Both the position numbers and the translations under genes were made by a program. The notes under the pieces were generated by a model that saw nothing but the letters and a program-made list of their open reading frames with translations, had not been told where the DNA came from and ran no database searches. A stretch of 64,000 nt of DNA, taken from Camelus ferus. Lineage: Eukaryota. Location: NCBI RefSeq assembly GCF_009834535.1, contig NC_045697.1, positions 78,680,001 through 78,744,000 on the forward strand. Reading direction: 5' to 3'. Positions 13,251-25,389 of this stretch are shown here, piece by piece; the first letter of the stretch is position 1, and every line of letters begins with the position of its first letter.

Positions 13251-13899
13251 AAACAATGTTATAATTTCTGACTATTCTGTGTCAGAGACTCTCCTAGTGC
13301 CAGACATTATGTTGAAGGTACACAGATGAATAAGAGGTGGTCCCACCTAAGCTGTCCTGTCCCAAGATTATGTCATCTCTTCTTTATTTGAGCCACAGAA
13401 GATAGAGACGGTTACATATCTGAGTGGCATCTGTTCCACTGTTTTACAGGAAGGGCCTGTTGACTGCTCAGAAACTTTGGAAGAATCCTATTAACCAGAG
13501 GCTCTAGCTTGGGGCAGTTCTCAACACCCTTCTCCTCATATGCCTCCCACCTGCTGGCCTCCATCTAGCCCACCCATTCCCAATCACCAGCTTTCCAGAG
13601 AAGCCTGTGCTCTAGTTTATCTCCCTAGAGAGCACTGAATCTGAAAAGCTTTTTTCCTGTGCCTGAGGTGACAGCCTGAAAGGCTGCTCCACTTGTTCTT
13701 TCTACTTTGAGCTGAAAGACGGGGTAAATAGACCCTACACGTTGGACTCTCAATGGCCCCTAAGATTTCGAGATGCTTTCAGTGTCTTGCAAAAGCTTGC
13801 CTCAGTGCCTCTGACCCTACTGGATGAATTACACATACATTACACAGGCTATCTTATTTGTGTTTTATACACAAGGATTATTTAATAGGCAAAGATTCT

Positions 13900-14122
13900 A
13901 ATCATTATAGTTAGTCGTGTTCTATAATTTTAAATGCATTGTGTCATGTAGTCCTCACAACAAATCAATGAGATGAATACTCCTAGAAATCCTGACTTAC
14001 AGATGAGAAGATTTAGGCTTAGAGAAGTAAGAAAACCGGCCAAGGTCACACAGCTGGTCAGTGGAAAGGGCTGACACTAACAGCCCTTTCTTTCCAAAGT
14101 CAGAGTCCTTGCTCTTAACTAG
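13900..14122 (-). mobile_element. MIR SINE
   Basis: tcctcacaac...ttacagatgagaagatttaggcttagaga...ccaaggtcacacagct is the MIR core reversed. Confidence 0.85.
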
Positions 14123-14844
14123 TCTTGGCTTTGTTATATTATCTCCTCTTTGAAACAATGGCACTCAATCAAAAGAAATTCTAAGGTTTGAATTTATGGA
14201 AAAAATAAGCAGAAGGCTATAAAAGAGTTCCTTACATTTAACATAATCCTGGTGTTGTGCATAGCCATCTGTCTGCATGTCTTCCTGAAAGTAAATGGTA
14301 TAAACTCGTATTTGTAGTCCATAGTAACTATCATAAATTGATATTATTTGATGAAAACTACTTATATTTTTCTTGTTTAGGGAGATAAGACTAGAGAGAG
14401 ACACATCTGTGCTCATCCGGGCACTTGCGACTGCCTTGTGAAATTTATACGAAAAATTCTTTATATTTTACAATACTTTTCAAACTTCATGGTTCTTACT
14501 ATATTATAAATTGTAGGACAGGAATTTAATCTTACTACTATATTTCTCACTACTTTTAGCTCTTTCTAACAGTTAAAATACCAATTGATTAAGAATTAAG
14601 ACAAAATACATGAAATTTTATAATAATGATCACAATCAACTTTAAATAAAGGTTTATATTGATGTATATATAAAGTAAGTACAGATTATCCATATGGGGA
14701 ATTAGTAACCATGGTTAAGTAATTTTCCCAAAAACAAACTAATTGTGAGCAAGCAAAGATAAAACTCAGTCACTCTGTCATGAGAGTTTGCCTTGTAAGC
14801 TTTCCACATCCAAACATTACCTTTGAAAGTGATGGGAAAGGTTG

Positions 14845-14877
14845 GTTTTTGTTTTTGTTTTTGTTTTTGTTTTTTTT
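14845..14877. repeat. (GTTTTT)n simple repeat
   Basis: Read directly. Confidence 0.9.
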
Positions 14878-15199
14878 CAAAAATGTCCATTAAAGTTAAC
14901 TCTGATAGGAAATATTCAGTTCGGTATTTTGAATATATTATTTGTAGAAAAAGTTCTGAAAGGAGTATTGTTTTATGAACAAAAGGAACCATCTCATGAA
15001 GGAATCTCTGATATTAAGCATGAAGAAGTGGCACAGCAGACACAGATACACAACTAAATACAACAGGTATTAGACAAGTTAATGAGAAAAACTTAGAGTC
15101 ACCATAAATTAAGCCAAAAATAAAGGGGGAGGTGTAGAGTCAAAGCATTTATCTTCATCCAATCTAACATCATCCAAAGGATTTGAAAGTAGAATTTTA

Positions 15200-15420
15200 A
15201 GAGCTAACTTGATTGAATTACTTCCTATGTGCTGAGCATAGTTTTAAATGCTTTACTTGTATTGATTCATTTAATTCCAAATGACCCTAAAGGTTATTGT
15301 CCCTCTTTTTCCAGATGAGGCAACTGAGGTACAAAATGCTTTTTAAAAATTCCCAAGTCAAACAGCTAAACCAGGATTTAAGCCCAGGTCTGACTTCAGA
15401 GTTATTGATCTTATCATTAT
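15200..15420 (-). mobile_element. MIR SINE
   Basis: ctatgtgctgagcatagttttaaatgcttta...cagatgaggcaactgagg...ggatttaagcccaggtctgacttcagag. Confidence 0.85.
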
Positions 15421-15942
15421 GATTTTATCATATAACTATAATTAAGTGTTCATTACTGAAGTTTTCCATCTCAAAAGTTCTGCTAAATTTAAAAACACTG
15501 TAATATGCTTAAAAACCCAAATTATGCTGTAGCAATCCACATATAATATGTCTCAGAAAAGCATCCATACTGACTCTTCTGAGGCTGTAAGTCATGATTT
15601 TCTTCTGACAACATCATAAACTCCATCTGGAATCTGAAAATAAAGCTGCTCTTTGCCTCTTGCATTGTCATTAGTCATACAGATTTTCTGGTTGGAACTT
15701 GGCGGTAGGACAAGGTGGAAAGCTCCACAGTCTACGTGAGAGAGACATCTCTGGAGGGGAGAGGCCTAAATGACTGTAGTCATGTTAACTCTTTCCAAAA
15801 CTGTTTTTACTCTTGGTTAATATTTTTGCTTTGAAATCTTGCCCCACATCCAGGGTCAAGTGGAAGGACCATTAATAAATCTATGCCAATGACTTCTCCT
15901 ATACCACTCACAGTCTACTTTCCACATACCTCTTTGGTTTCT

Positions 15943-16150
15943 GACTGCTCAAGTTTGAATCTTGGCCCTTCCACTTACTAGAATGAGCAAAGGATTTAAT
16001 TTTCTTCTATAACAGATTCCTTATCTATAATATACAGGGAAAAAATAGGCAAAACATGATAGGATTATTATAAGGATCAAGTGAGGTAAGACATGTAAGA
16101 AACTTAGAGCAGTTTCTAGCATTTAGCAAGTGCTTACTCAATAAATATTA
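15943..16150 (+). mobile_element. MIR SINE
   Basis: gtttgaatcttggcccttccacttactag...ttccttatctataa...atgtaagaaacttagagcagt...ctcaataaatatta. Confidence 0.85.
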
Positions 16151-16729
16151 AATACAAGTTTTAAAGTGGAAAGAGCCAAGATTTGTAGTCTAATAATAAA
16201 TTCCCATCGATTAATACTAAACTTTTCAAGCAACTTTTAAGAAATGTGAGATGTGTTCTAGTTCTATCATACTAATGAAGAAACTGATGTTCAGAGCAAT
16301 TAATTGTCAGGACATAGGACCTGGGGCACCATGAATACAGAGTCCCATAAACTGAGAACTGTATAGACCAATTGTGGGTTGTTTCCAAAGTATGATTTTT
16401 CTCTTGTGATGAGAGGTAAGTACTGTATCTCAAGTTATCCACATTTTGAAGATAATTTGATATTTCTCCTCCCTCAGGTAATATTATCCTCCGTACAGGT
16501 TGTTCCCTTCTTTTTGGATCTATAAATATAAGTCCTAGCACCATCAATGTCATCTAGAAAATATTTATAGAGGCTTGGGCTTAGGGTGATGTTTGAAGTA
16601 CTAAGAGAGAAACTGCTTCCAGCTACAGCCAGGGAACAGATTAATGCAGTATCTGAATTTGGCTGACCAAAAAGCACAGTCTTCTCAGATTCTTCAATGT
16701 AAGTTGTTTTATAGGTTCAAATAACCTTG

Positions 16730-16930
16730 CAGCAATGTACAGAACATCATTTATGGAATCTTGTAGGTAGAAGTTCAAATCTTGAAATCACCTCTTACTA
16801 CCTAGCCACATATCTTTGGGAAAATTATTTAACGTCCTTGAGCTGCAATTTCTTTTTCAACAAACCATACCTCATAGGACGATTAAATATGAGCGTGTGT
16901 TTAAAGCACATATTATAGAGCCTGGCAGAT
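16730..16930 (+). mobile_element. MIR SINE
   Basis: gttcaaatcttg...ttgggaaaattatttaac...catacctcatagga...aaagcac...gcctggca. Confidence 0.7.
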
Positions 16931-19900
16931 GGCAGCCACTGGAATTTGAGTTGATTTGAGTATTAAATAGCAGGTTGAAGAGGGGGCCTTTAAACATCCC
17001 AAACATGAGATTCTTTAAGTCTATGAATCTTTGAATCCTGACACACAGCTCTCTCTCTAAACACAAAATGTATGCCTACCTTGTGCAATTCAAAATCCCT
17101 ACCCTACACATGATAAATAGAATCATCCAGCTGTGGTCAGTAAATTATAAAAAAAAAAAAAAAAATCACTTAGTACTTTGTGCTGAAAGAGGTAAAGAGG
17201 TTATCCCAGACACCATTTTTGCCAAATAGTATGCTCACTATCATATTAAATCTATCCTTTCTAAGGTATTCATGCAAGTGAAACACCCAAACCTATTTCA
17301 GTGATAATGAAAATCAGAGGACACACCAATAGCAACAAAACAGCTCTCTTTATGAAAATACATTTTCTAACATAATCCAATTAATCCAAGGACCTTGGGT
17401 ATAATGGAAAATTTACATACATGGGTTAATACAGCCTTCCTGTTAATAAATTTAATGGGCCCAAATGGGTAGGAGGGGAGAAGGGATGGAGAAATAGTTT
17501 GTCAAGGTGCAGAGAAAATTCCCTGGGATTCTATTTGTATTATTTAAACACCTAATGGTCAACGGGGTTACATCTTTGATCCAAAACCCTTTATGAAGTG
17601 TAATAGAAATAGAGGGACACGGAACATGCTACAGTCTATGAGAATGAAATGTAGGCATTTTCTCCTTATTTGTTTGCTCTGGAAATTGAAAAATCATTTC
17701 AGCCAGGAAGGCTAAACAGGAAGATGGGATTTGCTATCCAGGAAAACTGTTAAGCACTAATCAATTTCTCCTTGAATTATTTTCTGGTAATAGCGGCTGC
17801 TTAATGGGCTTACTGCTGGCATTGTGGAACATTACACATAAGAGGGGAAAAAAAAATCTTTCCTGATTCATTTGCTGACATGATTAGCGTTAAGTTACTA
17901 GCAATCTGATGCTCCTCATTTTAGCTTAAATATATTACTAATTCTCCACAGACATAGCAATCTTAAACTTTCTGTCTTGACCAACTTCACATCATAAACA
18001 TTATGAAAAGGTAAGAAGGAAAAGAAGAGGGGAAGGGACTGGGCAGGATGTAAAAGGAAAAGAAAGGAAATTGAGGGGAAGAAAGTGTTGATATAGAACT
18101 GAAGAAACTTGCTGATGAGAGCATCACTGAACAATATTTCATTACAAACCTTTTATATTATTTTGTATCTTACCTTTGAATATTTCTTTGACTCATATCA
18201 AGACCCTTTCATTTCCATTTTCCAAAACCATCTTATTCACCCAAAGGCTAAGATATAAGGATGCTTTGTCTCTCCTTTCATTCTTTACTTCTATTAATCC
18301 TTCTTTGTTCTTCACACTATTGTTCCTTAAGTTATCATAAGAGTGACTATGAATCTGAACACAAAAAGACTACTATTCAAGACATGGATTCTGGTTGTGA
18401 TTATCTTGTGTTCCTTTCTATGAATGGAGATAACCTTCATAAACATGACAATTTCCTTCTTCATAAATAATGGCTGCCAGAAGTAGATACGTCCGGAACA
18501 TAAGGAAAGATTCTCATGAGATGATTGATCTAAAATTCCTTTTAAGAATGTAAAGAATTTTATAAATTTAATAAAATATATTAAGAAAATGTCTCACCAA
18601 ACAACCATTCACCAATGAGATAAGCAGATTCTTGACTTCCCTGATTTTTATTTAGATTCCTAACATTTGAGTCCATTGAGGTTATATTCAAAGCCTACTC
18701 TTCTGGAAAATATCATAGGATTTTTAAAATATGGCTACAAAAAGCCAAAGAAGACTTGAGTCTCTAGAGAAAAGATCTACAGATTGAATGCTGCATAGAA
18801 AACAATTTATTCACCTTACGAAGATGAAAGGATGAAAAGACCCTGAAGGGTAATAAAACTTACCCATTTTTGGAGGCCTCAAGAAGCTGTCTTATCAGGC
18901 TTGGTAGTTAGAAAGCATCTGTAATCTCAAAGAAAATTCTAAATAGTGTCCCAGGGAAATGTCTAAATAGATTTTTTAAAATCCACTATTTTTTATTATC
19001 GCTCTACAACTTTACTTGAGAAAAATTTCTTCAAAATTACAATGTCATTATTTTTACAGTTTTGTTCTATGTTAAAACAACCAAAAGATCTTAATAATTA
19101 AAGTATAGTTACATTGTACTAAAGTTCCTAAGTCATTTTGTAAGAACAAGATGATTTTTATATTTGCAATATTTGAGCCTAATTAACTTCAAACTCTTAC
19201 AGTTTTGTTTTAGAAAACCTCTCTCAGTGAGTATGGCTAAATCAATAGGCAACTATTTGGCCGTTAGGTATATATAACTTGTGAGATCATGAAATGAAAC
19301 TAAATCATAAAGATTAAATGCAAAAGAGAATGATATAGCAACCATAAAGAAAAGAACAAGAAGAGTAAAGGAAAGTGATCAGAGTGAAAGAGAAATGGGG
19401 AAATAGTTGGTAAGAATCTGAGAAACAAAGATTGCAGAGACTGACCAAGAATTAGGCCAAATAAGTGATTTATCTCTGTCCATAGACATGTGTCATCATA
19501 GAATTTAAGCTCTACTTCAATAAGCAATTTTGACATCTCCCTACATATAGCCAAACACTCTACTTGCTGTAGTTTACTGCATCTGTGAGAAGAATAAATA
19601 AAATTATTTGACAGCCTACATATACATTTGCCCATCCTTAGGTCTCAAGGTTGACATCTGTGAGATGGGTGCAATGCATTCCAGACTTTCTCAATAGAAA
19701 CCAGGGTACAGTAATATACTGATGGGAAGTTTTTGACACCTAAAAAAAATTTTTACTGTAAAAGAATACTGGCTCCCAATAAAGAGCTAGCAGTGGTCAA
19801 ATTTTGTGACTTTTGGGGACTTAACATTAAAAAAACAAGGTGTGTAATCTGAATTTGGAGGGCTATCAAAAGCCCACTGGGCAAAGACCATGCCCATTTA

Positions 19901-20065
19901 GAAGCTGTGAAGAATATATATTTACATAAATCTTACTTTGGCAATGTATTATTGATACTCAGAATTATAATCAGAACCAGCTGAACTCTTGCCAGTCAAT
20001 GTCAGAAGCTATGGGCTAGGAATGTGGAAGGGGAGCGTGTTGGGGGCAGGGTGATGGAGACTAAA

Positions 20066-20333
20066 CAGATATTCTCCAAAGTCTATTTTGTGGGACACAA
20101 AACTAGATAGACAGTCTCTCTTTGCAAAATATCTCTTTGATCAAATAAGTTTAGGAAACACTGTGTGTATAGAAATATATAAAACCTCCTTGGAGATTAA
20201 AATTTCATATTAGCATATATTAAGTACACACACACCCCAATACACATAGTAAAAGTTCTGAAAACTCCTCCAAAGCATAGCATTTCCCAAACATTTCTAT
20301 CTGCTTATTTCATTGGCATATTTGGAAACACTG
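20066..20333. mobile_element. hAT-Charlie non-autonomous element (MER102/103/112-type)
   Basis: TIR-like ends cagatattctccaaa / tttggaaacactg; internal tgatcaaataagtttaggaaacactg and cattagcatat-like motifs. Confidence 0.6.
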
Positions 20334-20396
20334 CTGTTGAAGAATGTGGTTTGATCTGTCGGAACCAATTAATACTTTGTGTAAACAAAATGGAGG

Positions 20397-20682
20397 AAAG
20401 GGTACAAGCTTTCAGCTGTAAGATGAATAAGGTCTGAGAATCCAGTGCAAAACATGGTGACTCTGGCTGATAACACTATTGTATGACCGAAATATTTGCC
20501 ATGAGAGTAGAGCTTACATGTTCTCACCAAAAATAAAAAGATAAATATGTGAGGTCATGGATGTGTTGATTAATTAGATGGGGAATCCTTTCACAACGTG
20601 TACATATATCAGATCACCACAATGTATACTTAAAATATCCCACAATTTTATTTAACAATTATACCTCAGTAAAGCTAGAAAA
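20397..20682 (+). mobile_element. L1 3' UTR end (L1MA/L1MB-type), 5'-truncated
   Basis: ggtacaagctttcagctgtaagatgaataag...atgtgaggtcatggatgtgtt...attatacctcagtaaagctagaaaa matches a mammalian L1M 3' end. Confidence 0.85.
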
Positions 20683-20831
20683 GAATGCAAGGGAATATGG
20701 AGTGTCCAGGTAAGAAATCACCTTAATAGAGGAGAGCTCTTCATATATTTCAGCCCTAACAATGCAAATGTAAATGCCTGAAAAAGTCTGCACGCTAAGG
20801 ACTTTCTAACTGCCTTTTGTGTCTCCTCACT

Positions 20832-20986
20832 GAGTGGCCCTCAATCCTGTCTGCACATTAGAATTGCCTGGGGAGCTTTTAAAACAAAAAGAGAGTCTGA
20901 CTTAATTGATTTGGGCTGGAACCTGAGCACCAGCATTGATGAAAAGTTCTCATGTGACTCCAGTGCTGTCACGTTGAGAATCACAA
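20832..20986. mobile_element. MER5A-like hAT-Charlie MITE
   Basis: ctgcacattagaattgcctggggagctttt...tctgacttaattgatttgggctgg...gttgagaatcac. Confidence 0.8.
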
Positions 20987-23879
20987 ATGCAAAAATTTTT
21001 GTGAAATCCATTTTGAGACCAATGAAAATGTTTAGCTTATAACTAAAGGCTTTTGATCAGCCCAGCAGGCTGTGCATGGCCTTTTGTAAAATGTATCTGT
21101 AATTGAGCTGGCTTCGAAATCCTCTCATTCAATGCTAGCTCACCATCAGCCTCGTTCTCTGCCCTCCTATTCTGTTTCGTTTGGCTTTAATGCATTAACC
21201 CTCTTGTTATACTCCCTCTGGTTTCCTCCCCCACCACCGTACTCTCCTGCCTTTTAGAAAAGACTTTTCACGTTACCCCCTCTCCTAGCTGTGAGGAATC
21301 ACTCACAGATGAAAACAGCTTTGGTGGTCATGCAGCTGAGGATAATTGGATTTAGTATCACCAACCATCTAAATGCATGCAGGCCAATATAAGCTGCTTT
21401 CTTCTCAGCTTCAGTAGGAAGCCAAAAATAGGAGCAATTATCATGGCAGAAAATCTCACACTGTTGCACAGGGAGCCTACCCTCACCGCACCTAAGACCT
21501 TTTATAGGCAATTTGCTTTCCTCCTAAATGGACACTGAGGTGGTGCATAATAGCCCAATTTTCTGTGTTTATGTACACAGATTATTTGTTTTAAATATAC
21601 AAAGTTTGCACCAGCTTTCTTTTATTATTGTTATCAAAGGGTAGCTTACTTTTTTCTCCATGCAACAACAGTATTTAATGAAATTGTGAATTTGAGTGTC
21701 GACTCCCAACAACAGGAAGTGTGGAACTGGTGTTTATCTCTCCCCTTTTTTTTCTTTTTATTTTGGTGGAGAGGGTGGTGGGCAGGCATGCCAGGCAGGG
21801 TGTGTGCACTACCGGTGTAGGAGGCAATCTTTAGAGAATAATTTTTCACTTTTCCCAAATAGTTCTGCAAACATGAAGCACCAAAAATAAAAAAACAAAA
21901 GCTAATATCTATTAAATGCACATGTGAGAAGGAGGAATTGAAGGGACATGAGGAAGGGGAGAGCGCAAGGGGGTGAAGACTGAAAGGAGGAGAGGGAGAG
22001 GACAGGACGACACTGGATAAAATGCTGAGGGCTCAGTTGCCTTTATCTAAAATTCTGTTAGTAAATAACTTTACAAGTGCTCTTTTCTTATTCTTGAAGC
22101 CTAGACACTGACAATTTTCCTCAAATCCCAATACAGTGATTTATTTAAAAGTGCTTCTTTCCAGAAAATCCACAAAATGGAGTAAAATAGTCTCTTCTCT
22201 ACTCCCACCATCAATTTTTGTTATCTGCACCAGCAAGGGAGTGATGTTTATGCTTTTTTTTTACTGTCTTGACTATGTAAAGAAATCTGTTTTTTATCAA
22301 GCACTCGTTGACTTTTTTGAATATATCGTAGTATAAAACATCAAAATATATAAACTGAGATAACTTCTTTAAATGAGAAAATCATCTGTATATGGGAAAA
22401 ATAATCATCTTGCCAGCCTGAACCCCCAAATCTAAGGAGTTGAAAGTATACAATCATCTATTCTCACATCTCAAAACTAACAGGACTAACTGACATATTT
22501 CAGAACAGGCTCTCAAGAGTCTCTCGAATTTCTGAGCCAGCAGAAATAATTCACGCTAGTTTTCTACACGTCTTTCACAAATTGACGGGGCATTAGTTCC
22601 TTTCTATGTATTCACATCAGGTTGCCCACACTGTGTTTTTGATCATTCTTCTCTCATTTGGTACTTTGTTCAGTGGGCATGCAGAACCACTTTATGTATC
22701 CAAGAAAATTCTACCAAACACCCTATTATGACAAGTCAAATGAGAAGAGATTCTGAAAGCAAGGCTTCATTGTTCCCCACAGACACGGAGAGAAATCCAG
22801 TCCTCAGTGGGAGGGACCCTGGGTAAAGCTGTGGAAGGTCACAGCCTCCTTAGGCACCACTCCCCACCTCTGCAAATTACATGAACTAGACGTTTTACTC
22901 CTTTTAAGACTTGGGCAGTTTAAGTACCTATTTTAGTGAATTGATGCAATGTAGCAGAGCTAACGTAGGGAATGACTATAATGTCATTTGGAGCAGAGCA
23001 ACGTTTGAAAGAGCACCACACGAGACCACACCCAAATGAATAGCTGGCCATGATTTTCATTCTCATAGAATCCTGACCTAGAACTCCTGTGTGTGTCAAT
23101 CAAATAGACTCCATCTTCCCATGCTTCCTCAAAAGAAATAATAAGCATAATATCTCCTCCCTTTATTTTCCCCCTTCCTTCTAACTGGTCTTCACCAGGT
23201 TATAAGGAATTCAGTAACTCAAGGCCTCTTATCCATCATCTTTACTGCATTTGAGAAGCATGGCTTTGAGGGAGAGAAAATAAACCACACTCCATTAATT
23301 TCCTCATTTTTCTTTGCTCAGAAATGATGATGACAGCATATCAAATGAAACTCCTACAATGCAATCTTCTACTTGAATCAAGTCCAGGTGTCCAGATATC
23401 ACCACATCAGCCCTTCACTAGCCCCAATCCTATGAACAGTTCATGCTCCATCATTTGAGAGAGCAATGGACCTGCTGACAACATAGTATCCCCCATGAAG
23501 TCATGTTTACTGGCCAGACTGCAAGAGACCAAGTTATAGAGGCTCTAAAACAGATTAAGAAATATTAATATCAAGAAATATTAACCCATTGAAGCCTCCT
23601 GGTTAGGGAAGTAAATAGATGAAACTTGCTTTTAATTGAATAACTTGGGAGTCACATGTAAATTATGACAAAATGGAAGATACAAGTATAAGAGACAAGA
23701 ACCATAGAATTTATAGCATTACGGGTATAAATGAAAATGTAGAATGAAGAAAGCAGAAGAGAGGGTAAATTAGGATAACTTTAAGAGAAAAATACTTTGA
23801 GAAATTATGATCTGATTGGATCTAAATAATAAAAGACATAAATACTTCTAAATTGACTGCAAAAAGAAGACCTTGAAGT

Positions 23880-24200
23880 TTGAGAGAATTTTGCTACCAG
23901 AAAGAGAGAAGTTTAAAAGAACTGTTTGCTAGGGAGATGAATTTGGTTTTGGACTTACTGAGTTCAAAGTAAAGGCAAGATATACAAATAAATAAATCCA
24001 ACAGGTGCCTGGTGACTCTGAAGTGACACCTTGATGAGAAGGCAGGGCTAGAGGTAGGCATGGAGGAGATAAAATGCAGAGGTGACATATAAAGCTGTAA
24101 GTGGGTGAGATGTCCCAAGAGTGAGTACAGAGAGAGATTCAAAGGGTAGAAATGCCAGAGGAGGAGGAAAAGGGGAATGTGGATGCAATGAAAGATAAGA
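23880..24200 (-). mobile_element. L2 LINE fragment
   Basis: Purine-rich; gatgaatttggttttggacttactgagtt...gggctagagg...aagctgtaagtgggtgagat resembles the L2 body reversed. Confidence 0.75.
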
Positions 24201-24261
24201 CTGCAGGATTAGGCAGGTCAGAAGAGAGGCTCACAAGGAAAGGTAGATGAGATGTGGGCAG

Positions 24262-24693
24262 AGCAGCAGCATGGAGGTTACCAAACCTAGATTTTTGTTC
24301 TGGGTCTGCTATTACTAACTCTCACAAACCTTCTCTGAGCAAAATTCTTAGTATGTAAAATAAGGGATTAACATGAGATCAGCATTTCCCACAAGTTGTT
24401 CTATGTAAGATTTTAAATCCTACACAAACCTAAGTATCCAGTGTCCAAATACACTTGGGGAATGCCTATTTAAAACACTATTATAGCAGGATTTATCATA
24501 AGTTTTACAATACTGATACGCATCATGAATCTCCAAGATGGGAGATACAGTTTGCAATGTTACCTAAGTTATTTGACAAAAGAATGTCTGTGTATAGTAG
24601 TAGCATCTCAAAGGATAGTGTCAATGGAAGTATGGAAAATACTAGCCTAGAAGATTTCTAACGACCCTCCCAGTTTCAGAATTTTACAACTCT
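24262..24693 (+). mobile_element. MIR/MIR3 SINE interrupted by a DNA transposon
   Basis: 5' part (gcagcatgg...aaccttctctgagc...gtaaaataagggatt) runs to about 24379 and the 3' tail (ctagaagatttctaacgaccctcccagtttc) resumes at about 24645. Confidence 0.65.
24380..24644. mobile_element. hAT-Charlie non-autonomous element (MER102/103/112-type) nested in MIR
   Basis: Ends cagcatttccc / ggaaaatacta; internal gaatctccaagatgggagatacag...aagttatttgac. Confidence 0.65.
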
Positions 24694-24939
24694 ATCAGAC
24701 ATATAATCTGATTCTTAAAAAACTTCATCTATTTAACAATAATAAAGACACAGTAATGTCAATGCCATCATTAATGTTGTCTTTAAATCCAGAAATGTAC
24801 ATTTATCATTCAAAACTCAGTTTCTGATCCATATTAATCACTGGTACTCTACACTGTCAAAAATGACATGTTAATATAGTTTTCCAAAATAATTGTTTTC
24901 ACAAATTTGCGGCTTACTTATCAAACAAAAGATTTTCAT

Positions 24940-25072
24940 TAGGTAAGTGATAGATGTGTTAACCAACTTTACTGTGGTAGTCATTTCACAAGTATGTCAA
25001 ATAATTATGTTGTATACCTTAACCTTACACAATGCTCTATGTCAACAGTATCTCAACTAAGCCTGAGAAGGG
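24940..25072 (+). mobile_element. L1 3' end fragment
   Basis: gtgatagatgtgttaaccaactttactgtggtagtcatttcaca...tgttgtataccttaa...tgtcaacagtatctcaa. Confidence 0.8.
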
Positions 25073-25389
25073 AATATTTTTGTAACTTTGCATACTGGAT
25101 AAAGAATCCAATTTTTTCCTTCAAAAGCCAAAGGGTCCTAAAAACTATAAGTTATATAGTAATCCAAATTAAGAGAAATCTAAGAGAAAGAAAATTAAGA
25201 AAAAAAATATGTATACAGATTTCATGATATGTTTATCTCTGACTCTGAAAACAGACCATCTCACTAGTCTTGACTGAATGCCACATTCCACACTAGTTCT
25301 TTCTCTGTGTCTGCTTCATAATCAGACAAAATAGAAGAGGTAGCACTGAGTTTATTAGAAGTGGGGGAAAACAACCATACGTAATAATA

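Noticed and set aside
14064..14095. Hairpin plus T-run resembling a rho-independent terminator
   Set aside because: The context is mammalian and inside a MIR; bacterial terminator logic does not apply.
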